From positions 1 through 38,502 of the forward strand of contig CAYSIO010000001.1 in the NCBI GenBank assembly GCA_964431115.1: a stretch of DNA of 38,502 bases, written 5' to 3'. Positions 37,641-38,502 of this stretch are shown in pieces (the first letter of the stretch is position 1; the number at the start of each line of letters is the position of its first letter). Source of the stretch: an uncultured Vampirovibrio sp. (GTDB taxonomy: Bacteria > Cyanobacteriota > Vampirovibrionia > Gastranaerophilales > Gastranaerophilaceae). A model generated the notes under the pieces. That model saw nothing but the letters and a program-made list of their open reading frames with translations. It made no database searches and was not told the DNA's origin. Made by a program: the position numbers and the translations under genes.

Positions 37641-37904
37641 AAAACCCTTTATAAAACCTTCCATATATATAAACTATTCAAATAATTAAAATTTGCCTAA
37701 TTTATATCAAATGTTAAGACATGTTAACTTATATAATCTAAAAAATCTTTTTCCTACCCAAGAAAACATCTTTCATAAATATATAATACACATTTATATC
37801 AGCTTGATACGATATATTATACAACAACAAAAAAAAAATCCAATAGTTTTTACATATTTTTTTTTGATGATAAAATTGAAAGGTAATAGATTGGAGTATG
37901 AAGT

Positions 37905-38502
37905 ATGAATATTTTTGCATTTGCAAGAAACTTTTTTAAGGAACCTCCTGCAATTGAACCGATTCAGGATAAAGAAAAAGTTGATAGTATGTATTCACAT
38001 TGGAGAATGAGAATTTTTTATTCTTGCTTTATTGGATACACAGTATTTTATTTATGTAAGAAAAATATCGCAGTAGCTTTACCGGGACTTAGTGAAGAAT
38101 TTGGATATACAAATACGGAATTAGGTTTATTAGGTAGCTCTCTATATTTAACTTATGGTATTGGTAAATTTGTCAATGGTGTACTGGCTGATGGTTCTGA
38201 TGTCAGAAAATTTTTACCTACAGCTTTAATTATGACAGCTATAGCTAACATCTGTTTTGCGTTATCTGCAGTATTTATTACACCTGGAGAAGTTTCATTC
38301 TTTGGACTACCTACTAATACTATCCTGCTTTGGTTGTTTGTATTCTTCTGGGGCGCAAGCGGTTGGTTCCAATCAGCAGGTTTCCCTGCAGTAGCAAAGA
38401 GTTTGACTTATTGGTATTCAAACTCAGAACGCGGAACAAAATGGTCATTATGGTCATGCTCACACCAAATGGGTACATTCTTAAGCGTTATTATTTCAGG
38501 AT
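37905..38502 (+). CDS. MFS organophosphate:Pi antiporter, GlpT/UhpC family (truncated by window end)
   Basis: Manual translation MNIFAFARNFFKEPP...YSHWRMRIFYSCFIGYTVFYLCKKN...YGIGKFVNGVLAD...GWFQ...WYS..ERGT; GGAG RBS. Confidence 0.88.
   Translation, partial: MNIFAFARNFFKEPPAIEPIQDKEKVDSMYSHWRMRIFYSCFIGYTVFYLCKKNIAVALPGLSEEFGYTNTELGLLGSSLYLTYGIGKFVNGVLADGSDVRKFLPTALIMTAIANICFALSAVFITPGEVSFFGLPTNTILLWLFVFFWGASGWFQSAGFPAVAKSLTYWYSNSERGTKWSLWSCSHQMGTFLSVIISG

Noticed and set aside
911..37926. Short overlapping or antisense ORFs in the track (e.g. 911-1255, 12590-12844, 13165-13440, 37213-37563, 37693-37908)
   Set aside because: They overlap well-supported genes, repeats or promoter regions and lack recognisable motifs; treated as shadow ORFs.

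Overview
Low-GC bacterial chromosomal window, most consistent with a non-photosynthetic cyanobacterial relative (Candidatus Gastranaerophilales/Vampirovibrionia). That assignment is an inference from gene content and style, not a database match. Housekeeping content: an 11-subunit complex I-like operon nuoABCDHIJKLMN with no nuoEFG, followed on the same strand by a C-GCAxxG-C-C protein, an Fmt-like formyltransferase and an endonuclease IV-like enzyme; ftsI-murE-nagA; spoIID-like plus a Zn-dependent dehydrogenase; an SLH protein; ribE-ribBA-GNAT; mnmG-hypothetical-ade; alaS; and a partial GlpT/UhpC-type MFS gene. The most notable unexplained pattern is a dispersed set of lineage-specific genes. 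Five transcription units share an upstream motif GCAW-N22-ATAWA with exact spacing. An overlapping set of proteins shares an N-terminal M-[KNQ]-[IV]-x-x-(I)...[SN]-F motif. The set includes a coupled pair of paralogous membrane proteins and a Cys-His-Asp effector-like enzyme, so it is a candidate alternative-sigma regulon with its own targeting signal. Other observations: two divergent 'small DNA-binding protein / small helical protein' switches with operator arrays (one regulator is missing from the ORF track), a fic gene bracketed by identical 33-bp palindromic repeats, a palindromic repeat inserted in frame in alaS, a Cys/His-rich loop in the AlaRS editing domain, a GTAG-type REP cluster, and several leaderless genes.
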